Assembly: GCF_963921235.1 (NCBI RefSeq)
Contig: NC_086108.1
Span: forward strand, 68,822,001-68,886,000
Source of the DNA: Mobula hypostoma
Lineage: Eukaryota
DNA length: 64,000 nucleotides
Direction of reading: 5' to 3'
Translations under genes and position numbers: made by a program
In this document: positions 1-12,789 of the stretch, one piece after another
Layout of the letters: each line of letters begins with the position of its first letter
Numbering within the stretch: position 1 is the stretch's first letter
The notes under the pieces: model-generated
What the model saw: only the letters and a program-made list of their open reading frames with translations
Database searches by the model: none
Told to the model about the DNA's origin: nothing

Positions 1-74
1 AGAAAAAAATATTTTGGGGATATATATTCTTGGAACGCCTGCAATGATTAACTGGATAACATTCTTGCCTTTGC

Positions 75-295
75 TTAAAGGTTGTTAGGTCGAGTGCCAC
101 TCCAGAGACTTAAATAAAAAAGTCTAGACAGATGATCCAGTGCAGTTCCACTATACTGTTCTATATACTACCTTTGATTACACATCTGCTTTCTTAGACA
201 AATATAAAAGATCTCATGGCACAACTTTGGAAAACGATGAGTGGAGTCTCCCCAGCGTCCTGCCCAATATTTATCCTTCAGATAATAGGACTAAG
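75..295 (+). mobile_element. Decayed Deu-domain SINE (SacSINE1/AmnSINE-like)
   Basis: ccactccagagactt head, plus aaaagatctcatggcac...ggagtctccccagcgtcctgcccaatatttatcc resembling the recalled Deu core. Confidence 0.6.
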
Positions 296-937
296 GGAAA
301 ACCTCAACGCTGTTTCTGGGTGTTTTTGACGTGTCAACTGCATTGTAGGAAACACTGCAGCCAATGGCTGCATTCAGAAGCATCTGAATAAGCAAGGTAG
401 AAAAAAAAACAAGATGATCATTTCCAGTGTGTATTTCAGAAAACCTCTTGTAAAGTATATTTACGTCAGTAGTTAGTCAAGACAGGATTGGATTATACCC
501 AACAATGTTGGGACTTCTGGTTGAATTAACATGTCAGAAGCCTCATATGAACAATATCATTTGGGAAAAACACTTAAACTTTTGATAATTGAAGAACTAC
601 ATTGTACCCTGAAAATAGAGATCATTTTTGAAAAGGTCATCAATTACAGTGGATAAAATAGCATAGTACATATATTAACTGTATTTAATATGGTTCTGTA
701 ACTGGATATGACAGCATTTTTCTCCATTGCAAACATTGCAAAATGTTAAAATACTGTACAACAGCATTAGTTATATTTTCCCTACATCTATATACAAATT
801 TTATAAATCTCTTTTTTATCATGTTGTCCATGGTGTGCCTCATAGATCATGTGGTTTAAGAGTGATACAATTCAATGATCCAAAAGCATCTTTTTATGCT
901 GAGCAGTTAAGAGGATAAGACCTTATTTTTTCTTCTT

Positions 938-1190
938 ATCATCATCATCATCATCATCAGGTGCCATGCCCAGTTTGAGCTTTGACTGCCATGGCCCACA
1001 CACTCCTGTTTCGGGTCAAGTGGATCAATTCATTGGTACCCCTTTCATTTCTAGTTCTCTGGCTGCTGTCTCCATCATCATTTGTCTTTGCCTTCCTCTT
1101 GCTTTCTTCCATTCAATCTTTCCCATAATTACCGTACATTCTAACTCCTCTTTCGTAATCACATGTCCAATGAAGTCACGTTGCTTTTTT
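938..1190 (-). mobile_element. RTE (BovB-like) LINE 3' end with (GAT)n tail
   Basis: Minus strand encodes FIGHVITKEELECTVIMGKI..KKARGRQR, followed by a (cat)n microsatellite tail on +. Confidence 0.75.
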
Positions 1191-1574
1191 TTTCGTATAC
1201 ACTGAAGTTTAATGCCTCATCGGAAATGTTCATTTGTTAAAAACCAAACTGATGAAGATCACAAGCCAAAACCCTTCTTTGTCTACTTGTCTACCACTGA
1301 CACTACTTTAGGCAACTGTGTACTTACCCTCCTTTGTACCTCTGTTCTTCAACACTCCCCAACACCCTACCATTCACTGTGAAAGTTCTACCCTGGTTTG
1401 ACTTCACAAAGTGCAACAGTTGATGCAGCCCCAATTTATCCACCTTAATAAGCCTTTAACACCACCAGTATCACTTTGTAAATAACCTCTCCTTATGGAC
1501 ATACAATCAGTGTATAAAAACTATCTTATGCATCGATATTTATTATGTTTAAATTTTTACTGTTTTTTTTATCT

Positions 1575-1945
1575 TACAGGAGTCAAACTGGACACACTGG
1601 AGGCCATGGTAGAATAAAAGACCCTATGGAAAATCCTGGCAATTCTGGACATTTCTCACCCCCTGCATGCCACCTTGGCTGAACAGAGGAGCACTTTTAG
1701 TAACAGACTAAGATAACTGCTCTGCTCCAAAGAGTGCTATATGAGGTCATTCTTACCCTTGGCCATTAGGCTCTATAATGAGTCAACCTATAGCTGGGGA
1801 AGTGATAACACCCTCCTTTTAGACTGTTTGAGGTAACTTAGTTTTTATTCTTTCTGACCTCTTCTAATATTTGGATATCTGTGCACTTGTAATGCTACTG
1901 TGATACTGTAATTTCCTTTGGGATCAATAAAGTACCTATCTATCT
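1575..1945 (+). mobile_element. Rex1/Babar-like LINE 3' end
   Basis: Decayed C-terminal SFLP-A-RLYN-type motif and gggatcaataaagtacctatctatct tail. Confidence 0.6.
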
Positions 1946-2439
1946 CATTGTGTTTTTTGTGCTGCATCGAAGTGGAGCAACAATTATTTTCTTCTTTACA
2001 CTTGTGTTTTGGAAATGATATTAAACAATCCTGAATCTTAAATCTTGTAGTGTTCCACTTCAGGGCCTCCAACACGGATGACCCAATACAGCAGCTCTCA
2101 TTGAAAATGATGGAAATCATCAAATATTCTCGTTTTAGCCTGCTACAGCTGAGAACCATAACTACGTCTATGACATGTACAGTCAGTGATGAAGTTTTAA
2201 TCCGATTGACCATTCTATCACTGCTTAAAACTGATGGAAATAAACCAGACTGTGGCTGGCATACTGCCCTTTAAGAAGCCATCAGCAAAAGAGGGGCTGA
2301 CTTGTTGGTCTGATGGTGTGTTTAAATCAATGAGGTTTTCGACTCCTAATACCAACAATCTTGCTGGCAAACATACAGGCTCTGGTAAAAAAAAAATTTG
2401 ACGATCCCAGAGCTAGGATGCTGTACCAGAGAGATATTA

Positions 2440-2924
2440 GCACCGCATGCGCCTTTTAATTTACGGACTCTTGGTTAATCTCTTCCGTTCCGGACACAGT
2501 GATTCAAACAGACGAGTTCACAAACATTGTCAAGATAGGTTGGTCGAATCTCAAAAGCAGAGGTGGAGGTATATGCCTCATGATCAACTCCTTGTGATGT
2601 ACTAGGTTTTGGGTGACATCCCAATTTTGTTCACCAGACTGGCCATTTTACCTGCTGCGGGAGATTTCAGCAATCATTTTGGTAACAGTGTACATTCCGC
2701 ATCAGGCCAATGTCAAACAGACTCTAGACAAATTGAGCAATGTAATGAACAGGCATGAAACAGCACATTCTGATGCCTTCCCCATCATTTTGGAGGTTAT
2801 TAACCAGGCCAGCTTGATAAAGTTACTACCTAATTATTATCAACAAATCACCTGTAGTACAAGAGCGAATAACAAAACGGACCACAGTTACTCTAAGATC
2901 AAGAGTGCCTATCATGCTATCCAC
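2440..2924 (+). mobile_element. Rex1/Babar-like LINE endonuclease fragment, interrupted by the ERV; its 3' tail resumes near 4789
   Basis: ORF 2613-2939 PFYLLREISAIILVTVYIPHQAN is APE-like; ttccccctctgccatc tail at 4789-4900. Confidence 0.7.
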
Positions 2925-4788
2925 TGTGGAAGAATTTAAGACTCTTTGGATATGTAGGGGTTACGCTTGAGCTGAGGCAAGATAGTGGGGAGTACGCTTG
3001 TGCGGAAGCAAGACAGCGGCTCTTACGCGATTCTAGGAAAAGAACCCTAGGTGGAAAAGGAGAAGCAAGACAGAAAGGTGCCTTCCAAGATGGAAAGGAA
3101 AATCAGTCTCCTAGCTGAAAGGGGGACGGCAGGGGGTGCTCGTGGGAGTACCAAGGTAACTACCGATCAATTCCGTGACTGAACTCAGAGACCTGTGGAA
3201 AGACAGAGGAAACACACCAGTGAGTGCTCATTGTGTGCGTAGTATGTATAAAGAAACTTGGTGCTGTCTTAACTGAAATTAAAATCCTAAACAGGAAAAA
3301 TGGGAAGTGCCAGCAGTTGATCGGCTAGCGCTCATCCTGCTAATAAACCGAAGGGTTCCAGAGGTAAAACGAAGGCTTTGAACACTGAACTGGAGGTAGG
3401 AAAAGACCGCCAAAAATAAAGATTAATAAGATAAAACGGCACCACCAGCAAATAGGAGACCCCTTAGTCCCACCTGGATCCCCGGCAGATATGGTAATCA
3501 GAGAGACCGGAGATGATCGTTATGCGGTAACATTCAGTACTGAGTGGTCACATTGGGATTGGCCGTATATGGGAAGTTTTAATTTGAGACTAATCTAGCA
3601 CTGGGAGGACACCACCCGAAATGGGGACAGCAACCCAAATTGGGATGCTGATTACATGTTAAGATGTTTTAAACGATGGAAGGATGTGGCTAAAAGACAC
3701 CAACCTCCAAAGAAAAAGGAGATTAAGCACCCTGAAACAGAGAAGGCTGGGCTGAAACAAAACCTGCCACGGGACTTTATCCCCAACTCCCCGTACCGGC
3801 CAGTACCCCATTGGCACCCAATAGTGAAATAGACGATTTAATAATGACGACGATTGCCTTGGGATGACCCGCTCCCACTCCTTACAATTCCCATACCAGA
3901 AGTTCAGGCACCTGACACCCCTGGGGAGAAGACATCACTGTAACGAGAGAAGGGTCTCAGGAAAGAGAAATTGAAGCCGAGGGAGCTGAAGGAAGTGTTA
4001 GCAGTACTAGCGATGACTAAAAAAAAAGAGGCAGGAAAAGAGAAAAAGAGAATGGAGGATAAGCTTTTAACAGACACCTTCATTATAACTAAAACAGCCC
4101 CGCTTCCCCTGCTGGGTCCGCAGACCCTTTGTAAATTAGGGGCAACACTGCACAGTACAGCTGAAGGTATATATATGGAGCTTTCTCAAATTACAGTCTC
4201 TCAAATGCTAAAATTAATGAATGGGTGAGAAAAGGACAGTTCAGAACCCATACTATACTGTTGGCAGCTAGATAGCAATCTCTATGCTTGGCAAGTTCAG
4301 AGGCTGTATGACACATTGATAAGACAAGCCAACCTCTACACGCAAAATCTGCAATACGATTAATAGCAGCCGAGAAAAGAAGCAGCTCCATTGCACGGTC
4401 TATTACACTTTACTAACTTACCTGCACTAAGATCAGGCTGTACACCCTTATTTAAACGGTAAAGCTGAAGGCAACACCGTATGTGTATTTTGGTCCCGAG
4501 GAATTAGAGCTCCTGGTAGACTTAGCGGAAGATCAGAAAAAAAGATTCTGACTGGGGTACTCCTCAATGCCTCATTTGACAGTGACCATAAAACCACCAA
4601 CGAAGCCTAAAAATATCAGGACGATGGTAAAACGATTGGCGAAAGAAACCAAGGCTGTTTATACTATAACTCTGCCGGTACTGGGACAGGAAGCCCGAAT
4701 AGAACGAAAAGGAGGGGAGAATTATGTTAAAGTCCGAGAGCTGGGAAACAACCTTTGAAAAGCAACAGCCACCACCAGAAGACCCCCT
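2925..4788 (+). mobile_element. Internally deleted class I (gamma/epsilon-like) ERV remnant: LTR-like 5' region, gag MA, protease C-terminus, 2H phosphoesterase domain
   Basis: Starts with TG at 2925 followed by ~30-bp tandem repeats. ATG at 3300 gives MGSASS (myristoylation motif). VPPGSPADMV...AVTFSTEWSHWDWPYMGSFNLRLI resembles MLV MA. APTPY is late-domain-like. FIITKTAPLPLLGPQTLCKLGATLH resembles the retropepsin LLGRDLL motif. HCT at 4389 and PHLT at 4570. Stops and frameshifts throughout. Confidence 0.75.
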
Positions 4789-4904
4789 GCTTCCCCCTCT
4801 GCCATCTGATTTCTAAATGGAAAATTAACGCAGGAACACTACCTCACTACTTCATTTCTTTTATTTTGCACTACTTATTTTAACTTAACTATTCAATAGA
4901 CATA

Positions 4905-6487
4905 CAGTTTCAAGAACAAGCTTGTGAACCATTACAATTACCTGGTTTTCTGCATTATTTACTCATAAAGTGTGGTCTGATCTTCATCTAAGTCACAATA
5001 ATAGACAAACACAATCTGCCTAAACTAATAACACATGAACAATTGTACCTCTTCTCGTCAATACTGCGTACACCATTTAAATAATCACAGTCTAGGTTCA
5101 AAAACTTATGTGAACCTCTGGGGTAATGCCCTCTACAAAAACTACTTGGAGTCAGGTGTTCCAATCAATGAGATGAGATTAGAGGTGTGGGTTGTAGAGG
5201 TGTCCTGCCCTATAAAAAAGACACCTGCAGTCAGGTTACTGACATAGCCTGCTCTTCTCAAGAAAAATCTGTTTATGTGCATCATACCTTGATCAAAACA
5301 ACTTTCAGAGGACCTTACAAGAACTGTAGAAATCCATAAAGCTGGAAAAGGGTACAAAAGTATTTCTAAAGACCCGAGTACTCGTCAGTCCACAGTAATA
5401 GAAATTGTCTACGAATGAAGGAAATTCAGTACTGTTGTACTCTTCCCAAGAGCTCAATGTGCAATGCTGAAGGAGGTGAAAAAGAACTCAAGGGTAACAG
5501 CAAAAGGCATGTAGAAAACTCCAGAACTTGCTAAAGTCTCTGTTCATCTGTCCACAGAAAAACACTGAACAAGGATGGTGTTCATGGAAGGACACCATGG
5601 AGGAAACCAATGCTCTCCAAACAAAACATTGCTGCACGTCCCAAGTTTACAAAAGACCACCTGGATGTTCCACAATGCTTCTGGGACAATGTTCTGTGGA
5701 CAAATGAGCCAGAAGTTGAACTTTCTGGCAGAAATGCATACCGCTATGTTTGGAGGAAAAATGGGCACTGCACACCAACATCAAAACCTCATCCCAACTG
5801 TGAAGCATGGTGGAAGGAGCATCATGGTTTGGGGCTGTTTTCCTGCCTCAGGGCTGGAACAGCTTGCAATCACTGAGGGAACAATGAATTCAAAATTGTA
5901 TCAAGACATTTTACAGGAGAACATCAAGGTAGCGGTCCGTCACCTGAAGCTTAACAGAAGTTGGATGATGCAACAAGACAATGATCCGAAACACAAGAGT
6001 AAATCAACAACAGAATGGTCTAAAAAGAAGGAAATCTGTGTTTTTGGAATGGCCAAGTCAGAGTCCAGACCTTCACCAAATTGAGATGCTGTGGCATGAC
6101 CTGAAGAGGGCTGTTTGATGTAAGATATCCCAGAAATATTGATGAACTGAAACAGTTTTGTATGGACGAATGGTTTAAACTTCCTCCTCACTGTAGTGCA
6201 AGTCTGATCAGCAGCTCCAGGAAATATTTGGTGGAGGTTATTGCTGCTAACGGAGGTTCTACCAGTTATTAAACACAAGGATTCATACACTTTTTCCAGC
6301 CTGGACTGTGAATAATTAAACAATGTATTCAATAAAGACATGAAACGTACAACTGTTTGAGTGTTATTAGTTTAGACAGGTTGAGTTAGTCTATGACTGT
6401 GACTTCCATGAAGATCAGAGCACATTTTATGAGTAATTAATGCAAAAAACAGGTAATTGCAAAGAGTTCACAAACTTCTTGCAACTG
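4905..6487 (+). mobile_element. Full-length degenerate Tc1 transposon
   Basis: TA flanks; ~150-bp inverted terminal repeats (cagtt...gtgaac / gttcac...aactg); transposase motifs VLWTNE, TVKHGGRSIMVWGCF, QQDNDPKHKSK, frameshifted. Confidence 0.92.
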
Positions 6488-6565
6488 TATATATATTTAA
6501 TGTAACTCATTTTTTCTCTGTATTAATTTATCATGTATTTCATTGTATTGCTGCCGTAAAGATAT

Positions 6566-7010
6566 TTAGATTAGATTAGATTCAACTTTATTGTCATTGT
6601 GCCGAGTACAGATACAAAGCTAATGAAATGCATTTAACATCTGACCAGAAATGCAAAGAATAGTGTTAGTTACAAAATAACTGCAAATAAAAAAAGTGCT
6701 ACAGCACACAAATATAAAAGAACTGAGACAGTACAATATGGATGCAATACTGCTTAGCGCTGTGATAAGAGGTTCAGCAGTGTCACAGCCTCAGGGAAGA
6801 AGCTCTTCCTGTGCCTGCTGGTGCGGGAGCGGAGGCTCCTGTAGTGCCTACCGGATGGGAGGAGAGTAAAAAGTCCATGGTTAGAGTGAGATGCATCCCT
6901 GATAATGCTTTTCGCTCTGCCCAGGCAGCGTTTATGGTAGATGTTCTCAATGGTGGGCAATTGAGTGCCGATAATCCGCTGGGCAGTTTTCACCACACGC
7001 TGGAATGCCG
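6566..7010 (-). mobile_element. Rex1/Babar LINE 3' fragment
   Basis: ORF 6754-7062 LQRVVKTAQRIIG-like...LLPSGRHYRS...SFFPEAV; (ttaga)n tail. Confidence 0.85.
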
Positions 7011-7259
7011 GTGATATTAAGCCTGATTCTGTATGTGATGTGTACATTTTTGAATACTTCATTCATTTTCTTAATTCCTTAGCACCATGACCTTCTCCAC
7101 AATAAATAAAGATGAGAGACAGTTTAAGACCTCATCGAACTCATCAGGTTCCACGTCTAGATGATTACATTAATCCTTAAGGGAAGCTGTTTGCTCTCTA
7201 GGTATCCTTTTACTCTTAATATACTTGTAGAATTGCTTAGGATCTGAATCTGCTCCAAT

Positions 7260-8580
7260 TTTCCCACCGTGACATGTAGATGCAATTTCATTGTTGCTTC
7301 ACTCAGCTGTGGAACACCTGGACAATAATGATGCACGTCAAGATGCTCTTCATTGACTACAGCTCAGCATTCAACACTGTAGCCCCATCAAAACTCATCA
7401 CTGAGCTCCAAGACCTAAGCCTCAGAGCCTTCCTGTGCAACTGGGTTCTTCATTTCTTTAATGACAGACCCTAATTAGTACGGACTGGTAACAATATCTC
7501 CTCCACACTCACCATCGGCACAGGCACAGCACAGTGTTGTGCTCTAGCCCCCTGCTGCACTCGCTTTATACTTATGATTGTTTGGCTAAGTGGAGATGCA
7601 ATCTCTATTTAAGTTTGCTGACACCACCATTGCTGTTGGCCAAATATGACAAATCACCATATAGGACGGAGATTGAAAATCTGGCTGAGTGGTGCCATAA
7701 GAACAACCTCTCACTCAAAGTCAGCATAACCAAAGAGCTGATTATCAACTACATGAGAAAGAAGCTGGTGGTCCATGAACCAATCCTCAGTCGGGAAATG
7801 GAGGTGGAGAGGGTCAGTAGTTTCAAAGTCCGTGGCATTAACCTATCAAAGGAATTGGCCTGGAAGGAGCAAATATTGTCATAACTGTGAACTAAGTCAC
7901 CAAAGAGACACTGAAGCTAGTGGCTATAGAAGTGTTTATTCAGCAAAACGAGCAGCAGGCATCATTTTCGAGATACTCTTGGAAGAAGAGGCCTGCCTGA
8001 CCCAATATTACATGACATTTTTATATGCTAAAGATCAAAGGTAACAGCAGGACAATCCTACAGTTACAATGTATCTACAATGCTTCCTTTGAATTACATA
8101 CAATTTTCAAACACTTCCATTTTCACACCCACACTCCAGACCCCCAAAATGGATATTAATTCCCACCAACCCTGGGCCACATTCATGCATATACATGCAT
8201 CAAAGATCAAATGGAGTGTTTCTTTGTTTGCAATCAACCTCAAAATGTAGCTCCAAGAAGACCATTGTTCAGAGCTGTATTTTGAATTCAATCTACTTGT
8301 ACAATCTACAGTCAGGTCTCAAGACCAGCTGCTGTTGAAATTAGTATTTGCCATATACCATAACTCCAGAATACACCCTAACAAGTATCATCAAAAAGAC
8401 ACAACAGTGTCTCTACATAGAAGTTTATGTAGATTCAGTATGTCATCAAAAACTTCAACAAACTTACATAGACACACAGTGAAGAGTATCCTAATTGGCT
8501 GCAGCACAGCCCAGTATGGCATGATATCGTCAGTGACCAACGCAACAAATGGCAACATCCTGCAGAGAGTTAACACAACA
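7260..8580 (+). mobile_element. Decayed Rex1/Babar RT region, split by a solo LTR
   Basis: MLFIDYSSAFNTV, WCHKNNLSLKVSITKELII, SILIGCSTAQYG. Confidence 0.8.
7877..8383 (-). mobile_element. Putative solo LTR (~507 bp)
   Basis: TGT...ACA termini; near-identical 5-bp flanks aatat/agtat; AATAAA on the minus strand near 7935; cleanly interrupts the Rex1 sequence. Confidence 0.65.
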
Positions 8581-9399
8581 ACTACTTCTTCTTTTTCTTG
8601 TAAACATACTCCTACTACTAATCTGTGTGCAATTAGAGACTGGAATTTACATCTCTGTAATGTGTTTCTGGGCCGACTAAGCGATCTGGTGCTTTTGCTG
8701 TCTCTGAGGGAATTCGGCGTGGTTGAGAGCAAGGTTGAGGATGGAGTGTGCCTAATGGTGGAGCACCAACCCATGATTGTTCCAATTCTCAACCAACTCG
8801 CTGATTAAAGCATTGAGCAAAATTGAAATCAATGTGGACGAAAGCAGAAGGTGAGTGGATGTTCAGCGCTGTCTGCCTGCGTTTGACAGGTCTCTCTTTC
8901 CCTCTTGCCCACTGCTGCCAAAGGAACATGCAGGAATCTTGGGTCTTGGGAAAGGTGTGATCAGCAGTTTGTAGATTGGACTCATTTTTAAGAGGACTTG
9001 GCAACTCATGTTATATTTGTTTCTGAATTCCGGATATTTAATTTTTATTGCTATTTTGTACAATTTTGATTGGGATGGACTGGCTCTCTGATCTGCAGAC
9101 AATGACTGACACAGAGCTAAATTGAACTGAACTAAAAACAAACAGTCCTAGACTGTTTCAAGGACTCTGCGGTTTGATGCTTAATACTCTGTATGTTATT
9201 TGCTTGTTTTTTTGCTGCTTATGCGATTTGTTTTTTTTTGCACTTTGGGTGCTTAATGTTTTCTTTGAATGGATTCCATGGTTTCTTGTTTTCATGGCTC
9301 CGTGGGAAGACAAATCTCAGGGTTGTACACTGCATACATACTTTGATAATAAATGTACTTTGAATTTTTCTGTGGAAACATCAATGCCAGGACCAGAAA

Positions 9400-9900
9400 A
9401 GACTAGAGAAATTAATGAATACAATATGGTCCATCACAGGCAAAGCCCACCCCAACGTACACTTATATGGCATAGTGCCACAAGAAAGCAGCATCTATCG
9501 AAGTCCTCCACCATCCAGGCCATGTACTTCTCACACTACCACTGGGCAGGAGGTACAGGAGCCTTAGGTCTCACACCACCAGGTTCAGGAACAGTTATTA
9601 CCCTACAATCATCAACCTCCTGAAGCGGTCGATAACTTTACTCACCACAACTCTGAACCGATTCTATGATCTACAGACTCACTTTCAAGGAGTATTTACA
9701 ACTCACATTCTGAGTATTATTTTCATTTCCAGTTTGTATTCATTTACATATTGGTTGCTCTTCATTCTTTATTTATGTATAATTCTTTTATGAGTTCTGT
9801 TGTATATGACTTTTCCTGTAAACGTCTGCAAGAAAATGAATCTTAAGGTAGTGTTTCATAACATATACATAACTTTGATAACAAATTTACTTTAAACTTT
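9400..9900 (+). mobile_element. Rex1/Babar-like 3' end and UTR
   Basis: aaagcagcatct...ccatccaggccat...gcaagaaaatgaatct...tttgataa tail, shared with other copies in the window. Confidence 0.7.
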
Positions 9901-10316
9901 ACCGTACTTGCCCAAGCAATCTCCTCTTTCTGAATCCTGGTCTCTGTTGTGTATTTACTATTTCAGTAATATCTGAGTAATATTGTAAATACATTGTTTG
10001 ATTAACCATTCTTTGTTGTTTACAAAATTCATTACGGGTTAGATGTAAATATAGGTGAATGCATACTTCCTTATGCCACTACGTCATAAATGTGCACCTC
10101 ACTAAAATAAAGAAACAACACACAGTACTGAGCAAAAGTCTTGTTGATACCCTAGATTTTTTTAATATAATTTTTGTTTTAGATGTTTATCTTTTGTCTT
10201 CTGCATTAGTGTTTCAGTAGAAAAGAGCAAACTTTAGATTTCCAAACATCTGTTTTCCAGAAAACTAAATGTTAGAGAAATTTTTGTATTTCATTAAAGA
10301 AAGTAACATATTAATA

Positions 10317-11140
10317 GCGCAAACACGAGGAAATCTGCACATGCTGGAATTTCAAGCAACACAAGTAAAGTTGCTGGTGAACACAGCAGGCCAGGCTGCA
10401 TCTCTAGGAAGAGGTACAGTCGACATTTCCGGCCAACACCCTTCATCAGGACTAACTGAAAGAAGAGATAGTAAGAGATTTGAAAGTGGGAGGGGGAGGG
10501 GAGATCCGAAATGATAAGAGAAGACAGGAGTGGGAGGGATGGAGCCAAGAGCTGGACAGTTGATTGGCAAAAGGGATGAGATCATGGGACAGGAGGTCCG
10601 GGGAGAAAGAAAAGGGGGGGGAAGCCCAAAGGATGGGCAAGGGGTATAGTGAGAGGGACAGAGGGAGAAAAAGGAGAGAGAGAAAAAGAGTGTGTGTATA
10701 TAAATAAATAATGGATGGGGTATGAGGGAGAGGTAGGGCATCAGCGGAAGTTTGAGAAGTCAATGTTCATGCCATCAGGTTGGAGGCTACCCAGACGGAA
10801 TATAAGGTGTTGTTCCTCCAACCTGAGAGTGGCTTCATCTTTACAGTAGAGGAGGCCGTGGATAGACATATCAGAATGGAAATGGGATGTGGAATTAAAA
10901 TGTGTGGTTACTGGGAGATCCTGCCCCAGACAGTCCTTCCAGGTGAGGCAACACTTCACCTGTGAGTCGGCTGGGGTGATATACTGCGTCTGGTGCTCCC
11001 GATTTGGCCTTCTATATATTGGCGAGACCCGATGCAGATTGGGAGATCGTTTTGCTGAACACCTATGCTCTGTCTGCCAGAGAAAGCAGGATCTCCCAGT
11101 GGCCACACATTTTAATTCCACGTCCCATTCCCATTCTGAT
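10317..11140. mobile_element. Penelope-like element with inverted segments (GIY-YIG endonuclease fragment)
   Basis: VIYCVWCSRFGLLYIGETRCRLGDRFAEHL on +; LEEQHLIFRLGSLQPDGMNIDF on -; ~57-bp inverted repeat 10868-10924 / 11086-11140. Confidence 0.88.
10417..10454 (-). ncRNA. Penelope-associated minimal type I hammerhead ribozyme motif (degenerate)
   Basis: Minus strand: UAGUC CUGAUGA A GGGUGUUGGCCG GAAA U GUC GACUG. Confidence 0.6.
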
Positions 11141-11577
11141 ACATGCTGGTCATCTAGACATGGTTAAAATGAAAGCGTTAGCTCCAAGTTTGTCTAGTGG
11201 CCTGAGAAAGATTGGCAGATTGAGCAGCTTGCCATGCATTGCTAAGCATGTCAACATATCCTGAAGAAGGCAAGAGCAGCGCCTCTTCTTCCCTGGGAAT
11301 GGCTTGCATTGCCCTGGTAGAATCAATTACTAGAGAAGAATGGTGCCCAGAGCTGTCAGACCCTGAAATTGTTTCGCAGCCACAGGTCTCATCTGCCACG
11401 CACAGTGACCCCCTTGGCAGGAAAGATGTTATCCCACAAGAGTAAGAAATCTTCCACAGTATTATGCCCTTAAAAGTTAGTATGCCGTGGATGCCTATAT
11501 AGTAGCTGCATTATATAAATATTAGGTGACTAGAGAGAAATACGTTACATATTCGAGTTGAGATGCATTCTGTATGG

Positions 11578-12755
11578 CAGGGGTCCCCAACCTTTTTTGC
11601 ACTGTGAACCGGTTTATTAATGACAATATTCTTGTGGACCGGCCGACCCGGGGGGAGGCGGTGCGGGTAGGGTTGCCAACGGACAAGAGTAGCAGCCAAA
11701 TATGTTGTGCTTACCCTGAGAAAGACTACCATGACCATGAAGCCTTGCGCGGGCACCTGTGTGCGCATGCGTGATTTGCCCATGCGTGTACGTGCCGATT
11801 TTTTTCTACAAATTGGTTTTGGCAATTCTGTTCGGGGGGGGGTGTTAATCACGACCAGAATATAGGTGATAAGTGGCTAACACATTCAATTTCATTTCTA
11901 AAAGGGTTTATCTAACGAATTTAATATTAAACACGCAGCGCATATTTTCCTCGCATGAATATAGTGTTAAGTCAATTATCAGGTGAGGACAGAGGAGCTT
12001 GAAGTAAGTGTTGAACGAACTTCCAGTACAAGTGGTAGAGGCAGGTTTGATATTATCATTTAAAGAAAAATTGGATAGCTATATGGACAGGAAAGGAATG
12101 GAAGGTTACGGGCTGAGTGCAGGTCGGTGGGACTAGGTGAGAGCAGCGTTCAGAACGGACTAGAAGGGCAGAGATGGCCTGTTTCCATGCTGTAATTGTT
12201 ATATGGTTATATGGTTATATAAGTCACTTATAAGTCAATAGCATCATAACATTTTAAGTAACGTTTGGATATTAAACACACAACACATATTTTCCCCGTA
12301 TGAACATATAAAATCATTGCAACACACCAATATCGCTGAATCGGTGGAAGCCCTGGGCTTGTTTTCCTGCAACAAGACGGTCCTATCGAGGGGTGATGGG
12401 AGACAGCGATACTCAAAGGGGGTTCCTTATGTCCAGTCTATTCCGCAATTTAGTTTTCGTTGCATTCATTGCAGAGATATGTTGGAAGTGGAAGCAACGT
12501 TTTCATTGCTTTCGCGGCTATCTCAGGATATTTAGCCTTGACTTTAATCCAGAATGCCGGCAGAGATGTTATGTCAAACATACTTTTCAGCATACATTTG
12601 CAAGCTCAAGGAGTTGGTCTCCTTCCCACGCTGACATGGATGACACACGGGTAATGACCTCACGTGTGTTCAAGCTCAACAGTGCGTGACAGGGAATGAG
12701 GAAAGGTGCAGCTGACTCATATTGCCAAATCATATCATTTCTTCGTGGCCCGGTA
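11578..12755 (+). mobile_element. Non-autonomous hAT (Charlie-like) element, 3'-truncated, carrying a CR1 tail fragment
   Basis: caggggtccccaacctttt TIR at 11578; CR1 3' sequence at about 11990-12210; ends at gtggcccggta. Confidence 0.7.
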
Positions 12756-12789
12756 ATAATAATGAGGCAGCCTACAGAGCGTAAATCAA

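Noticed and set aside
3165..3275. Possible ERV primer-binding site (ccgtgact or tggtgctgt)
   Set aside because: Match to a tRNA 3' end too short to assign
10124..10315. Third Tc1 element
   Set aside because: Only one TIR-like end (cagtactgagcaaaagtctt); no partner or transposase visible
11150..11445. Coding-looking stretch with ORFs on both strands
   Set aside because: No recognisable protein and not FAF1-like; only a faint pogo-transposase-like phrase (DMLSNAWQA)
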